NCBI GenBank assembly: GCA_002269645.1
Contig: NIVC01001910.1
Location: forward strand, 1 to 60,313
Direction of reading: 5' to 3'
Length of the DNA stretch: 60,313 nt
Source of the DNA: Macrostomum lignano
Taxonomy: Eukaryota
Under the pieces are notes generated by a model that had not been told where the DNA came from, did no database searches, and saw only the letters and a program-made list of their open reading frames with translations. The position numbers and the translations under genes are program-made. This document shows, piece by piece, positions 1 through 13,615 of this stretch (position 1 is the first letter of the stretch; each line of letters starts with the position of its first letter).

Positions 1-1506
1 ATATTGACACTCTATGGTCGGGCACTCAAAATCTACAATCAATATTGACAGATCAAGCTTCAATTTGACAAACTCTGGTTCAATTTTGACAATACACATT
101 TAGTCAACTTCTCCTGGGAAAAATCGATAACAAAGTAATCCAATGAAAGCCTGAACGGGGCGAAAGTTATCTGTGCAAATCAGCTCATTCTGACCTTGCT
201 TTTGGATCTACAAGTATTGATAAAAAATTTTCTCCATCCTCTTACACACAGAGACTAAAATAGCCTGACTAGTTGGCCGCAAAATCCGATTCTATTTTGA
301 CAGAGTTGCTTCAAAACTGACACTCTATGGTTTGTGTACCCCGAAAGTCCGCTTCATTTTTGACAACTCCTAATCAATATTGAACAGTTTACAATCAGTT
401 TTGACTGCTACCTTATTACATCTGTTCTTGGTTGTGTATGTTTCAGAAAAAAGCCGTAAACAAGTAGCATTGTTAATGATTCAAAAGAAGTATTGTACTC
501 ATATTTTTAAAAAGCACACATTTGTTAGATTTCTAGGTTAGGTTAGATATCTGGACATGGGCGGCGGGAGCTTGCGACCCCCTGCACGATTTCATGTGCC
601 GTGGGCCTCCTCCTCTTTATCCCCAACTGATTCGCCAGGTGCACAAAGTCATCTCGGTTCTCATGAGCAGAAATCAGGCGCTGTCGGTCCTGGGAGGACA
701 CAGACCGATTTTTGCGGCGGCCATGCTGTTTCTGCTCCTCTTCAAAAAACCTTAAATAGCGTCGCTATCAATCATCCTGACTAAATTAGTTCTTCAGATT
801 AGCGATTAAAAGTGAAAAACACGAGCAGAGCGAGAACTGCTTTCCTGCTCTTTTGAATTCCTCCGTGACAAGATGCGCATTCGTTGGTCTGACCAACCAT
901 CTATGATAAAACTGAAGCAGTAGCCAATTAGATTCGAGGCGCAGGCTGCCTCAAGACATAGACAAAAAACAAACTGCCTATCAGCGTTCAAAGCGTTCTG
1001 AACACTGATACTGCCATAGACAAAAGACTGCCTCGAAATTTCTAAGCTTAACGATTCTTAGTTAGAATTGTCAAAATCTTAGGCAAAAAGTCTATTAGTC
1101 AAAACTGATTGTAAACTGTTCAATATTGATTAGGAGTTGTCAAAAATGAAGCGGACTTTGGGGTACACAAACCATAGAGTGTCAGTTTTGAAGCAACTCT
1201 GTCAAAATAGAATCGGATTTTGCGGCCCAACCAGTCAGGCTATTTTAGTCTCTGTGTGTAAGAGGATGGAGAAAATTTTTTTATCAATACTTGTAGATCC
1301 CAAAAGCAAGGTCAGAATGAGCTGATTTTGCACAGATAACTTTCGCCCCGTTCAGGCTTTCATTGGATTACTTTGTTATCGATTTTTCCCAGGAGAAGTT
1401 GACTAAATGTGTATTGTCAAAATTGAACCAGAGTTTGTCAAAATTGAAGCTTGATCTGTCAATATTGATTGTAGATTTTGAGTGCCCGACCATAGAGTGT
1501 CAATAT
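1..1506. repeat. Long inverted repeat, arms 1-406 and 1097-1506, ~690-bp spacer (foldback/MITE-like; left arm runs off the window)
   Basis: 1-27 atattgacactctatggtcgggcactc is the reverse complement of 1480-1506. The match continues with few mismatches to cagttttgact (396-406) / agtcaaaactg (1097-1107). Confidence 0.92.
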
Positions 1507-2586
1507 TGAAGAGGAGTTTGTCGGTTTCGAAGTTCTCCTTGTTCAAAATCGAGGGTAAAATGGTGTAGCTACAGCTTAGGTATACGTGCAATATTCAGAT
1601 GAAATTTAATAAAGTCAAATAATCTCACTAACCCAAACTGTAGGAATAATACGCATCTATTGGGGATTGAGACAGAATATCCTGCGTCGAAATATTTTGA
1701 GCCGCGGCAAACGCGTCCGAATTTCGCGTCCCGACTCCTGGTTGGATTCTGTGCGCTGCCACATTAATTTGGGGCTTGTGCAGTCACGAAAATTGGCCCA
1801 GCTGTTGTCGTGAGATTCACAGCCATGAGGGCCAGCCCCCAAGGCGCGGAGAGAGTGCACATGCCTGACGATCAGACAGTCAGAGCCGCTGTACACCCTG
1901 TGTGAGCGTGTGCATGAGTGCGTGCGTGCGTACAGTATCGGTATGCTTGCATGTGCTTAGGAGTCAGCGGAATGGTCAGACTGAAACGCCTAAATCCCAC
2001 TTACGGTACACGAGTTTATTGATCGTAGCACACGTAATTTTTATCAGCTTCTCTGCCCCGGGGTAGTCCCAGAATGGTTTAATACAGAAACCGTGTCAGT
2101 GAAGTCCGTTATTTAGAACGATACTCGTATTGAATAGTTCCGACGGAAGTGTACAAGCTTATTAATAAATTATTGATGCAACTAACAAGCGCAACTGTAT
2201 GCATGCACAAATTAACCAGAACCCACGCTAGTGTTTTAGCCTACAAGCGTAACAGCCATTTGATAGCTACGACGATATTGATTTGTAAATGTCCATGTCC
2301 AGAAAAGAATCCAGCTGGAGACGAAATAACAGAGGCCGTTCTATATACTAGCTAGTTTAAAATTTATTGGAGAGCAAGGTAAAGCATAGCCGGGGTATGA
2401 CTTGAATTTGTAACCATACATGCCGTGTAATGTCCTGCTATGCATTATTTTAAGCGATCGAAACGTCGTTAGTCTGTACTGACGTCATTATAGTTTTATG
2501 GCTCTTAAGAAAGCTTTTAAACGGCTCAACTTTTAGATGCTCAGTTTCAAGACGAGATAACAGGGCGAGGAGTCCGAGAGCTGCAA

Positions 2587-3816
2587 ATGGCCGATAAAAA
2601 CCTAAATAGATTCGATCGCAGTCGCAATCAGGAATGGAGCATCCGGGTGCTACTGTGCGGACCTGTCGACTGCGCGATATCATTTGGGCCCTACAAAGGC
2701 CATTGGATTGGCAGTCCTGAAAAGTTGGAATACTTCACTAGAAGAGGCTGGATCGGTGTGCCGCTGTTCGATCGCTCAAACGATGAAGAGGTGCTTCAGC
2801 GCATCCGTCAGAATCTGCAGTGCATGTCTAGCGACGCCGTTAGGTGTCAAGCAATTTGGACTGAGAAAGAAAAGAAGGAGAGTCGCTTCAACATGAGTCT
2901 TGAAATCGGAGATTTGTACTTCTTTGACAACAGCTTCGACTTCAGTCGCGTTCCCGGTCCGCGCTTGGGAGACTTCAACAGGCTCCTTGACACGGGCACC
3001 TTCTCGGAGGTGCGACGCCTTCTTGAGAGCTACTTCACACTGAGAGTCAACCAAGACAAAATGTTTTTCTCTTCAACTTTCACGCCAAAAAATATTTGCG
3101 TCAGTCGCGACACGATTGAGGCATTCCTTCAAACGAAAGGCTTCGAAATCAATCAGAACGAGGAGCGCAGTCTGACCACAAGCCTCGAAGGTGCCAACCA
3201 AAAATTTGAGCTATTTTTCAATCCTGCGAATCTTCAACTGCGAGACATCAAAATGGTAACCCAGAAGTGGAACCTGGACTTCGTCACTCCGAAGGGCAAA
3301 GACTACAGCGGCTCGTTTAGCGAGGCCGCTGACTTTCGACTTCAGTTCGACACTTCCTGTACAAGCGACTCTGGCAAAATCGTTACCGATAGTCTCATCG
3401 CGGAAGGATTCGTTTTGAAAGAGCTGAAGCAATTGTTCGAGAGAGTTAATAAGGCACAGAGAGACGTAGTGGATGCCTCTGATGATGCAGAGCTGTGGGA
3501 AGGCGCAGATCGTTGCTACCGACTCAAACTGCCACGCCTGCTAGATCGACTAGAAGAACCGAGTCAGCAGCTCAGTAGGTCCTTCGTTCGACGCCATGAC
3601 CGATGGCCTTTCGTTGTTAAGCTACTCAAGATTCGCGTTTTCGAATTGGACGAATCAGCGGGAATATTCGTGCAGCAGAGTGTGCAGTTCCGGGTTACAG
3701 CAGGTCTGGACTGCTCCCTGGACCCGGAGGTCCTTGGCGATTCGGAGTTCGGAAGCTACTTGTGGGAGTGCTGCCAGCTCATGCAGGACATGTTGGCCTC
3801 TACCTTGAAGTCCTGA
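2587..3816 (+). CDS. Intronless 409-aa protein of unknown function
   Basis: Long non-repetitive ORF with globular composition in AT-rich flanks. Possible acceptor (ttttag, ~2537) upstream of the ATG. No family recognised with confidence. Confidence 0.75.
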   Translation: MADKNLNRFDRSRNQEWSIRVLLCGPVDCAISFGPYKGHWIGSPEKLEYFTRRGWIGVPLFDRSNDEEVLQRIRQNLQCMSSDAVRCQAIWTEKEKKESRFNMSLEIGDLYFFDNSFDFSRVPGPRLGDFNRLLDTGTFSEVRRLLESYFTLRVNQDKMFFSSTFTPKNICVSRDTIEAFLQTKGFEINQNEERSLTTSLEGANQKFELFFNPANLQLRDIKMVTQKWNLDFVTPKGKDYSGSFSEAADFRLQFDTSCTSDSGKIVTDSLIAEGFVLKELKQLFERVNKAQRDVVDASDDAELWEGADRCYRLKLPRLLDRLEEPSQQLSRSFVRRHDRWPFVVKLLKIRVFELDESAGIFVQQSVQFRVTAGLDCSLDPEVLGDSEFGSYLWECCQLMQDMLASTLKS

Positions 3817-4072
3817 TGGACAGAGTCAGAGATGATTTACTTTGACAGTCAGTTTATTTCACAAACGTTTTTTTCAGCGATGGACAATATATAGTCAGTA
3901 ATTTCCTATTTAACCCCTAATCATCTCTTTTTGTTTTTCTTCTTTTCTTGTACTGATTTTACGTATATTCAACGTAATTAATATTCTGATTTTTTCAGCC
4001 TCTTTTTCCATTGTTTTGCTGAACTACGAGTTCTACGAGAACTACGAGCGGCTGAATTTCGTGAAACAAGAG

Positions 4073-4168
4073 GGGTGCAGCCTAGTAGTTAGGGCGTCCG
4101 ACACACGAATTGAAGGTCAGGGGTTAAATTCCCCATCCCACTGGAACAATTTGTGTCCTTGTGCAAGA
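4073..4168 (+). mobile_element. Degenerate tRNA-derived SINE head
   Basis: gcagcctagtagttagggcgtccgac...ggttaaattcc...ggaacaatttgtgtccttgtgcaagac matches the copy at 14152. A-box and decayed B-box. Confidence 0.65.
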
Positions 4169-4971
4169 CAGTTAAGGCAGGTGCAATAAATTATTTTTCT
4201 TAGAAGTGCTGAATATTTTCTATAGTTTCACGTTTAAATTTTGTGTGCCTAAACTTTTTGCGTTATTCTTCGGCCGTTAAACAAAACGATTATCTTAACA
4301 GATCGATTTTTATCAATTTATGCTAATTAACAATTCAAAAAGAGTATGTACTGCTTCGATGGTTCTACATGTATCAGAAATTGGCCCAGAAGTTGCTGCG
4401 ACTGGCATCCTGCACAATAAAAAGAGTACATTAGAGTTTGTCATGTTTTGTCCACTGTCTTAGCCAAAAGATGTGTACAAAAACGCTTAACGTTTGGACT
4501 GAAATGGCTAAGATAGTTTACGCGCGCGGCTGAATTTCGTTAAAACCAAGTGAGCTGTGGTGTTGAGTCGGTCCGTCCAAGACTTGCAATAGACAATAAG
4601 ACCTACGATAGAGCACTACTACGAGTAACACGACAGACATAAAAATTCGGTATAAGCTTTTCAGCACAAGAAGCATACGAGCTATCTGAGTTGCCATGCC
4701 TGCATTATCGTAGACTATACTGTTCAATGAAGCAGTATTTTTTCGTTACTACATTCGTTCAATCTCTCTGAGCACCAAGGCAGTGAAAAGAGAGAGAGAA
4801 AAGAGGTACGAAATAGCCGAGAGTTACAGTACTCATTATGTACGTTTCTTAGTTTTTGTTTTTCAAATCTTAGGTAGGGGGAGGGCGTTGAACCTTTAAA
4901 TTGCAACGAAAACTTCTAAGAGTTGCTCAATTTTTTCTTGTCCAAAGCTGTTTCGAGGTTTCTATAGAGCA

Positions 4972-5652
4972 ATGATAAAGCGGTTAATTATTAAAACCAG
5001 CAGCCACAAATGCCTACTTCTAATAGCAGCCGTTATTCTGGCAATTTTCGCCAACACATCTGGCGCAATTTCACGGAGCTGTTCAAGAGGCTCCTACTTC
5101 AACAGCTTGAGCGGCATGTGCGACCCCTGCCCAACAGAATGCTTGACGAGTCCCCAGTCACCAAACGTGACCGATTACATGCGACGGAAGTGCCAGAAGC
5201 TGGCAGACCAGTGTTCACCAAATCTAGCGACTAGCAAGTCCGGTTCAACCTCATCAACGCCAACATCTGACAGTCCAGTGAGTAAGAGTCCAAAAAACTC
5301 TGAAGCCGGAGTCAACAATGAAGACAGGCAAGCACCGCCAGACGATCGCTATGGTCATAAGGCTGCTGGTGGGATTGTTGGAGCTGCTATTCTACTGCTT
5401 ATTTTTGTCCCAGTCGGTAAAAAGCTGCGATCAATAATAATTCGAAATAGAAGACCTGGAGAAAGCAACATACCGATGCAGAACATCAAGGAAAACTCAG
5501 ATGCAGCTTCAGCCACCCTGCTCTCTGGCTCGAATAATACTCAAGAACCGAACGGTTTTCAAATTAATGAGGAAGCAACTGCCGACGACAAAGTTACCAG
5601 CCAGCCTGACAATCCACCTGAAGACCCTCCAGCAGTACCTAATGTTGAGTAA
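4972..5652 (+). CDS. Single-CRD TNFR-like (BCMA/TACI-type) type-I membrane protein, paralog 1, 226 aa
   Basis: Signal peptide; CSRGSYFNSLSGMCDPCPTEC...C...C; Ser/Thr/Pro stalk; TM GGIVGAAILLLIFVPV then basic residues; acidic tail. Confidence 0.75.
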   Translation: MIKRLIIKTSSHKCLLLIAAVILAIFANTSGAISRSCSRGSYFNSLSGMCDPCPTECLTSPQSPNVTDYMRRKCQKLADQCSPNLATSKSGSTSSTPTSDSPVSKSPKNSEAGVNNEDRQAPPDDRYGHKAAGGIVGAAILLLIFVPVGKKLRSIIIRNRRPGESNIPMQNIKENSDAASATLLSGSNNTQEPNGFQINEEATADDKVTSQPDNPPEDPPAVPNVE

Positions 5653-6374
5653 GCATGCACGCATCCAGTCACTTATCATTTAGGCATGGTGAACCAATTG
5701 ACTAATGATGGAGATGTTACTACCATAACGAACGACGCATAATGGGCTTGAGAAAATACACAAGTAGCTAATGTAGCTTATGCGTACTTAAATTTCGTAG
5801 CATAGGACACAACTTGTGCCATAGACGAAACAGGCGTGATGACACCGCGGCATTAAAAATCGGCTTCAACTTTTCGTCTTTATTGGCCCTCTGTGTACAA
5901 GTACTCTGGTAGCGTCCTTCTAAAGGTACTCCGATCCAGTTTTCACTGCATCTAGTAAATGTTGGATTGGCAAAGCTTGAACCTAACGTTTTATACTTAG
6001 TACTGCAATCTGTGAACAAAATGTATTATTTAAATTGTACATGTTTTACTGTGATTACTACTGAATTCAGCTCGTATGCAACAGCATTAATATAAAGTAC
6101 ATTCTAGTTCATAATATTGCAATCAATCTATTTACCCCATTCAATTGTCAATTCGTCAGTAAACGTTGCGTAGTTCTAAAACATTGGCTTGTCATTTGAA
6201 AATATCTGAAAGTAACTGTTGTTTATAGTAAACACTAACACAATTCTAACACTAATTAATTGAATGTATAATATATAGTCAGTTGAGTCAGTTAAGTAAT
6301 GTACTGTGTAGTATATTCCGTAGTGTGTAGCAAACAGAAAAATACTGTTATTGCTGTTAGTCTTCATTTTCCGC

Positions 6375-7169
<795 letters not shown>

Positions 7170-7670
7170 GCCATCAATATTTGGCAGGTAATCATTCGCT
7201 ACGATGTTTGGTAGTCTCTAATAAAATATTACCAGTCTACTAGGTACTACTTCCAAAAATGCAGTCGCTAACACCTAAAAAAGGAAAAACCAAAGGCCCA
7301 ATAGTACGTCTGCCAGCAAAGTTCCCTTTTTCGCTGTACAGAGCTATGCTGTACATTTATCAGCTCTGTCTTCGCAGTTCTGTCCAAGCGTAAATGTACA
7401 CTTACGCCTAAACTATGTAGGCGTTGACTGGCTCTGCACAAGTGAGTGGCAGAGGACTAGCTCGCATCTGGCTTGGGTAAAGTCTAAAAATAGATCTTAT
7501 TTACGCTTCAAGAGAACCCCAATCCCGACAGTTTACAACCTGTACAATCTGGCAAGCTCTAAATGTACGTAGCAAGCTTTCAAAGAGGAATGACTGCACA
7601 CAGAAAATATGGGCTTGACTACTTGTTATTTCTTTTATAATTTTTGACTGTTGACGAATAAAAGTTTAAT

Positions 7671-8288
7671 ATGGCTATCAATCTGCGCGCACAGTCAGGG
7701 ATATTGTGGGCTTTTGTATGCCTGTACATAGTCTCGAGGGCTTCGGCAGTTCCAGCGGTGACGAGATGTCGCGCAGACCAGTACTACAACAGTTTGAGCC
7801 AAATATGCGAATCGTGTCCAGAGGAATGCCTGCTCGGAACAGTTAGAACAGCTTGCACTGGCATGGCTAGCCAATGCCAACCGCTGACAACAACTACTCT
7901 GACCGTTGTGACGACGCATGAAGTGACGACAACAAGTCAGAACTCGTCGGGCGCTGACGTGGAGAACTCGTGGATCATCATTGTCCTAACAACGATTGGC
8001 ATCCTACTGTTCTGTTTGTTAGTCTTTTTATTTTGTAGATTCTTTGCTTTTAAAAGAATGGATAAATATTTGAGACTAAAGCTGCACCGAGCTGGAGAGG
8101 CTACAGTGCCAGCACCGGAGACAGCTGGGCCTGAAGAGTCGGAGCCTTTGGCAAAGGCAGCATCGGCATCATCCTGTCAAGAACGTGCAGAACAACACGA
8201 AGTCAGTGCGCAGGCTAGCGCTGGCCAACACGCTAAAACCATTTCTGCACCAAAAATTCCAGGACTCGATGCAGATGATCGTTATTAA
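7671..8288 (+). CDS. Single-CRD TNFR-like type-I membrane protein, paralog 2, 205 aa
   Basis: Signal peptide; CRADQYYNSLSQICESCPEEC...C...C; Thr-rich stalk; TM WIIIVLTTIGILLFCLLVFLFC; cytoplasmic tail. Confidence 0.78.
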   Translation: MAINLRAQSGILWAFVCLYIVSRASAVPAVTRCRADQYYNSLSQICESCPEECLLGTVRTACTGMASQCQPLTTTTLTVVTTHEVTTTSQNSSGADVENSWIIIVLTTIGILLFCLLVFLFCRFFAFKRMDKYLRLKLHRAGEATVPAPETAGPEESEPLAKAASASSCQERAEQHEVSAQASAGQHAKTISAPKIPGLDADDRY

Positions 8289-8667
8289 AAAATAGCAATT
8301 CTCATGTTGCGAATGGCCATGTTGAAAAAAAAACTTTCCAAACTGACTCTTATCCATTGCCTTGTTATTTCTTATCGTTCGATCACTTTTTCGTTCGATC
8401 AATTTGATCACTTTTTCTTTGAATATTTGTACTTTTCTGTAATACCACAGCTATATTCTACAGAGGCAAAATGCAATGTACTGCATGCAAGCTACGAATC
8501 AAAATAAACATCTTGCACGTCGACAAACAACTGTAAATAGCAGTTACCCCTTCATTCCTCTTAAACGTCATATGCGTGCTGTACAGAAATTAATAAATCT
8601 GTTTTTCCTCAACAAAAGTTGTCTATGGCGAAAACCCCATTCAGCACTTATGCATTCTCTATAGAGC

Positions 8668-8792
8668 ATACTGAATGCACTGGCATTCAGTATACGTATA
8701 AGATATTCTATGGGTTTGAGTTCGGTATGTGATTAAGTCCCGAGAGCCGAAGGAAGTGAAATATCGACCGAAAAACCCATAGAATATCTTAT
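8668..8792. repeat. Two adjacent small hairpins (11-bp arms 8668-8693; 20-bp perfect arms 8698-8717/8773-8792), MITE-like
   Basis: atactgaatgc/gcattcagtat and ataagatattctatgggttt/aaacccatagaatatcttat. Confidence 0.7.
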
Positions 8793-9251
8793 TTAAACGA
8801 CTTTAATTTTGCGGGATGTATTCAGATAAATCCCGGAGCCATACTTGTATGTCTATGGTTGAAGTTGGGGATGGGGGTGTGGAGGCGAAGCCCCTGCTGG
8901 GGGTGTGGGGGCGAAGCCCCCACATTCTTACCATAGACAAAATTTCATTAAGAAATTTCTCGAGTCACGAAGGAAGAGAAGAGAGAAGCTCGCTTATTTA
9001 GATACACACAATAATCCTTGCAACATGTCCGGGAAAGTGATCGATTTAATCCCGCAAAATAAAATCTATGTCAATAACCTCACTGAAAGTGAGCTTTAAA
9101 GTGGTTTAAACGTTCCTTACCGACCTCCAACTCATTTCTAAGAAAATCGAATGCAGCGTTCTGCTTAATTTGACCATGTAAATCGGTTAGTTACCAGGAT
9201 AGCACCACGAGCGACGGCACTTTTGCATGCTCACGAGTAGTTCCATCATGC

Positions 9252-9590
9252 CTACTGACAAAAGTGACATTCTGACATCCTGACTGTACTGACAAAAGTG
9301 ACATTCTGACATCCTGACTACTGACAAAAGTGACATTCTGACATCCTGACTGTACTGACAAAAGTGACATTCTGACATCCTGACTGTACTGACAAAAGTG
9401 ACATTCTGACATCCTGACTGTACTGACAAAAGCGACATTCTGACATCCTGACTGTACTGACAAAAGCGACATTCTGACATCCTGACTCTACTGACAAAAA
9501 TGACATTCTGACATCCTGACTCTACTGAAAATAGTGACATTCTGACATCCTGACTGTACTGACAATTATAGTGCATGACTTCCTGACATA
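9252..9590. repeat. 34-bp minisatellite (ctgacaaaagtgacattctgacatcctgactgta)
   Basis: Directly visible. Confidence 0.97.
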
Positions 9591-9729
9591 CTGACTGTTA
9601 CTGACAATAGTGAAATTCTGACATAATGATTATATTGAAAATTTTTAGTAAGAAACAGGGTTCTGTGTGCACCCTGGCGCACTTTAGGCTACATGTACAT
9701 TGTCACACAACCAACGAGAGGAATTTCTG

Positions 9730-9826
9730 CTCATTCCGCCGACTCCCCTGAGCAGGCACACACTCACAGGAGTGTACAGCGGGCCATAAATTTATTTTCG
9801 AGCGTATTGTTAGGCATGTGCACTTC
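9730..9826 (+). repeat. Short dispersed repeat (gcaggcacacactcacaggagtgtacagcgg...aggcatgtgcact)
   Basis: Related copies at ~1855-1935(-), 14327-14447(+), 27063-27105(-), 27447-27490(-), 42575-42660(+). Confidence 0.75.
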
Positions 9827-10017
9827 ATGTTGACATCCTGATTATACTGGTAGTCTACGAGCGTATGACTAGCAGAACCAAAGCTGACTAGCTAACAAAA
9901 ATGTTAAAGTTTCTTGATTAATTGATTCGATACTTTAAAATATACATCATGTTTATTTGTAAGATTTAATATTCACATGGCTGTCTGAGCCAGGCATCAG
10001 ATGACAGTCTTTTTTAA

Positions 10018-10683
10018 TCAAAGTACACTTGGCGCAGATGCGTTACCAACGATTCGCTCAATAGAAGCCGAAAAACTTGTTGTCTCGGCTAACACATATT
10101 TTCCGTTGTCTTTGTCGCCTGGGGTCTTGGTTGGCACAGCAGCACCGGTCACCAGAGAATGACTCTCGCCTTTTTCCGCGCTTCTGGCTGCTTTTTGTTT
10201 CGTCGACTTCTTATTTTGAAGCACTACAGCCAAGATTGTAGCAAAAGTCCACAAAATTAATAAAACTGTAACCAGTATAATAACTTTATGCCAGGTAGCG
10301 AAGACCGGCTTTGATGAAGAAGTTTTTCCAAAACTGTTCAGCTTTTGAGGATCACTGATTGACCTCTCGGACAATGCGGCGATTCCACGTGCACTGCTGG
10401 TGTAAACAGCTGTTGTTGTCAACCACAAGCAGTAGCCAGCTCTCCACAGCTTCTTGCACCGCAGCGACCAAGAGGGGCTGTGAATTTCATTGCAGTGCGG
10501 GTTGAGGCACTGCGCAGGGCACGACTCGCAGGTTCCAGACAATTCGCTGTAGTAACTGGCTGGAGGACACACCGCGGCCTGAAGCATGTACGATCTGATC
10601 CGCATTGTCATGCATTGTGTCAAACTCACCGATGCCATCAGCAAAACTATGAGCCTTAGGCTAAGTTGACAGCTTACAAACAT
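10018..10683 (-). CDS. Single-CRD TNFR-like type-I membrane protein, paralog 3, 221 aa
   Basis: Signal peptide; CPPASYYSELSGTCESCPAQC...C...C...C; stalk; TM VIILVTVLLILWTFATILAVVL followed by QNKKSTKQK. Confidence 0.75.
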   Translation of the reverse strand: MFVSCQLSLRLIVLLMASVSLTQCMTMRIRSYMLQAAVCPPASYYSELSGTCESCPAQCLNPHCNEIHSPSWSLRCKKLWRAGYCLWLTTTAVYTSSARGIAALSERSISDPQKLNSFGKTSSSKPVFATWHKVIILVTVLLILWTFATILAVVLQNKKSTKQKAARSAEKGESHSLVTGAAVPTKTPGDKDNGKYVLAETTSFSASIERIVGNASAPSVL

Positions 10684-11245
10684 TGTGCTTATTCTATTTT
10701 TTTAAAGTTGATAAAGTTTCGAATATTAACCGGATTTTGGATTCGTCTTGCAAAATCTTTGCTCCGTGTTGCAAAATAAATGATTCTAAAACACTGTACT
10801 AGCGTATGTGCTTTTGATTGTACTTAAAAATAGCATGCCGAAGTTCCACAATGCTCATTGCACAAAAGGAGGGCTTTTATACTCGTATTGTTGCCAAAGC
10901 CATACTGTAGTGCTCAGTACTGTACATATCCAATGCGCACATTGATTTTAATTTATATTACAGATAAAACTTCAGATATACTTTTAGCTAAAAAGCATCC
11001 GTGTTCATATCTTATCTGTACTTTATTGATGAGCCTGTACAAGCTTTTTTCGCCATTTACTGAAATGTGGTTGCTATTTTGATAAACTAAACGCATCGAA
11101 GCGAAAAACATACGAAACAGAAAGGACTGAACAAACAACTCGATTAGAGAATTATTTTTCAATTTATTTTTATTAAACCGAGTTGCGTTAGCACTTGCAT
11201 TAATTTTCATTATGTCAATAATAGTTTTATCCACGACAGCTGAAA

Positions 11246-12655
11246 ATTTCATCGTCCATCACAGCTTCATCATCTCCATCGTCCATCACAGCTCCATCAT
11301 CTTCATGGTCCATCACAGCTCCATCATCTTCATGGTCCATCACAGCTCCATCATCTTCATGGTCCATCACAGCTCCATCATCTCCATCGCCCATCACAGC
11401 CCCATCATCTTCATGGTCCATCACAACTTCATCATCTCCATCGTCCATCACAGCTCCATCATCTTCATGGTCCATCACAGCCCCATCATCTTCATCGTCC
11501 ATCACAGCTCCATCATCTCTAACGTCCTTCACAGCTCCATCATCTTCATCGTCCACCACAGCTCCATCATCTCATCGTTCATCACAGCTCCATCATCTCC
11601 ATCGTCCATCACAGCTCCATCATCTTCATCGTCCATCACAGCTCCATCATCTCATCGTCCATCACAGCTCCATCATCTCATCGTCCATCACAGCTCCATC
11701 ATCTCCATCGCCCATCACAGCCCCATCATTTTCATGGTCCATCACAGCTTCATCATCTCCATCGTCCATCACAGCTCCATCATCTTCATGGTCCATCACA
11801 GCCCCATCATCTTCATCGTCCATCACAGCTCCATCATCTCTAACGTCCTTCACAGCTCCATCATCTTCATCGTCCACCACAGCTCCATCATCTCATCGTT
11901 CATCACAGCTCCATCATCTCCATCGTCCATCACAGCTCCATCATCTTCATCGTCCATCACAGCTCCATCATCTTCATCGTCCACCACAGCTCCATCATCT
12001 CATCGTTCATCACAGCTCCATCATCTCCATCGTCCATCACAGCTCCATCATCTTCATCGTCCATCACAGCTCCATCATCTTCATCGTCCACCACAGCTCC
12101 ATCATCTCATCGTTCATCACAGCTCCATCATCTCCATCGTCCATCACAGCTCCATCATCTTCATCGTCCATCACAGCTCCATCATCTTCATCGTCCACCA
12201 CAGCTCCATCATCTCATCGTTCATCACAGCTCCATCATCTCCATCGTCCATCACAGCTCCATCATCTTCATCGTCCATCACAGCTCCATCATCTCATCGT
12301 CCATCACAGCTCCATCATCTCATCGTCCATCACAGCTCCATCATCTCCATCGTCCATCACAGCTCCATCATCTCCATCGTCCATCAAAGCTCAAGCATCT
12401 CATCGTCCATCACAGCTCCACCATCTCCATCGTCCATCACAGCTCCATCATCTCCATCGTCCATCAAAGCTCAAGTATCTCATCGTCCATCACAGCTCAA
12501 GCATCTCATCGTCCATCACAGCTCAAGCATCTCATCGTCCATCACAGCTCAAGCATCTCATCGTCCATCACAGCTCAAGCATCTCATCGTCCATCACAGC
12601 TCAAGCATCTCATCGTCCATCACAGCTCAAGCATCTTATCGTCCATCACAGCTTA
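11246..12655. repeat. 24-27-bp minisatellite (catcgtccatcacagctccatcatctt)
   Basis: Directly visible; units vary in length. Confidence 0.97.
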
Positions 12656-12834
12656 ATTCTTGCAACTGTCATTTTGCAAGAGGATTGGACGAGAGCTACG
12701 GAGATCAGGCAGCTGCAGTATGGTTCAACTACTATATGTGTGTGCGAAAGAGAATATTTTAGTTTAACTTTGTTTTTTTATAGTATGCAGCACACTATAC
12801 AAGCGCATTGGTATATAATCTTTGGTAGGACATC

Positions 12835-13615
12835 ACCCCCTGACCGAAGACATCACCCTGACCAAATACATCAACCTCTGACTGAAGATATCAACCTCTG
12901 ACTGAAGATATCAACCTCTGACTGAAAATATAAACCCTCTGACTGAAGACATCACCCTGACCAAATACATCAACCTCTGACTGAAGGCATCAACCTCTGA
13001 CTGAAGATATCAACCCTCTGACTGAAGACATCAACTCCTTGACTGTCGACATCAGCCCCTGGCTGATGACACCAGCCCCTGACTGAAGACATCAACCTCT
13101 GACTGAAGACATCAACCTCTGACTGAAGACATCAACCTCTGACTGAAGACATCAACCTCTGACTGAAGACATCAACCTCTGACTGAAGACATCAACCTCT
13201 GACTGAAGACATCACCCTGACTGAAGACATCACCCTGACTGAAGACATCACCCTGACTGAAGACATTACCCACTGACTGAAGACATCAACCTCTGACTGA
13301 AGACATCAACCTCTGACTGAAGACATCAACCTCTGACTGAAGACATCAACCTCTGACTGAAGACATCAACCTCTGACTGAAGACATCAACCTCTGACTGA
13401 AGACATCACCCTGACTGAAGACATCACCCTGACTGAAGACATCACCCTGACTGAAGACATTACCCACTGACTGAAGACATCAACCTCTGACTGAAGACAT
13501 CAACCTCTGACTGAAGACATCAACCTCTGACTGAAGACATCAACCTCTGACTGAAGACATCACCCTGACTGAAGACATCACCCTGACTGAAGACATCAAA
13601 CCCTGACAAAAGACA
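12835..13615. repeat. 18/20-bp minisatellite (ctgactgaagacatcaacct)
   Basis: Directly visible. Confidence 0.97.

Noticed and set aside
11212-12762. 516-aa His/Ser-rich mucin-like ORF
   Set aside because: Made of 24-27-bp units that drift between frames; no signal peptide or unique domain.
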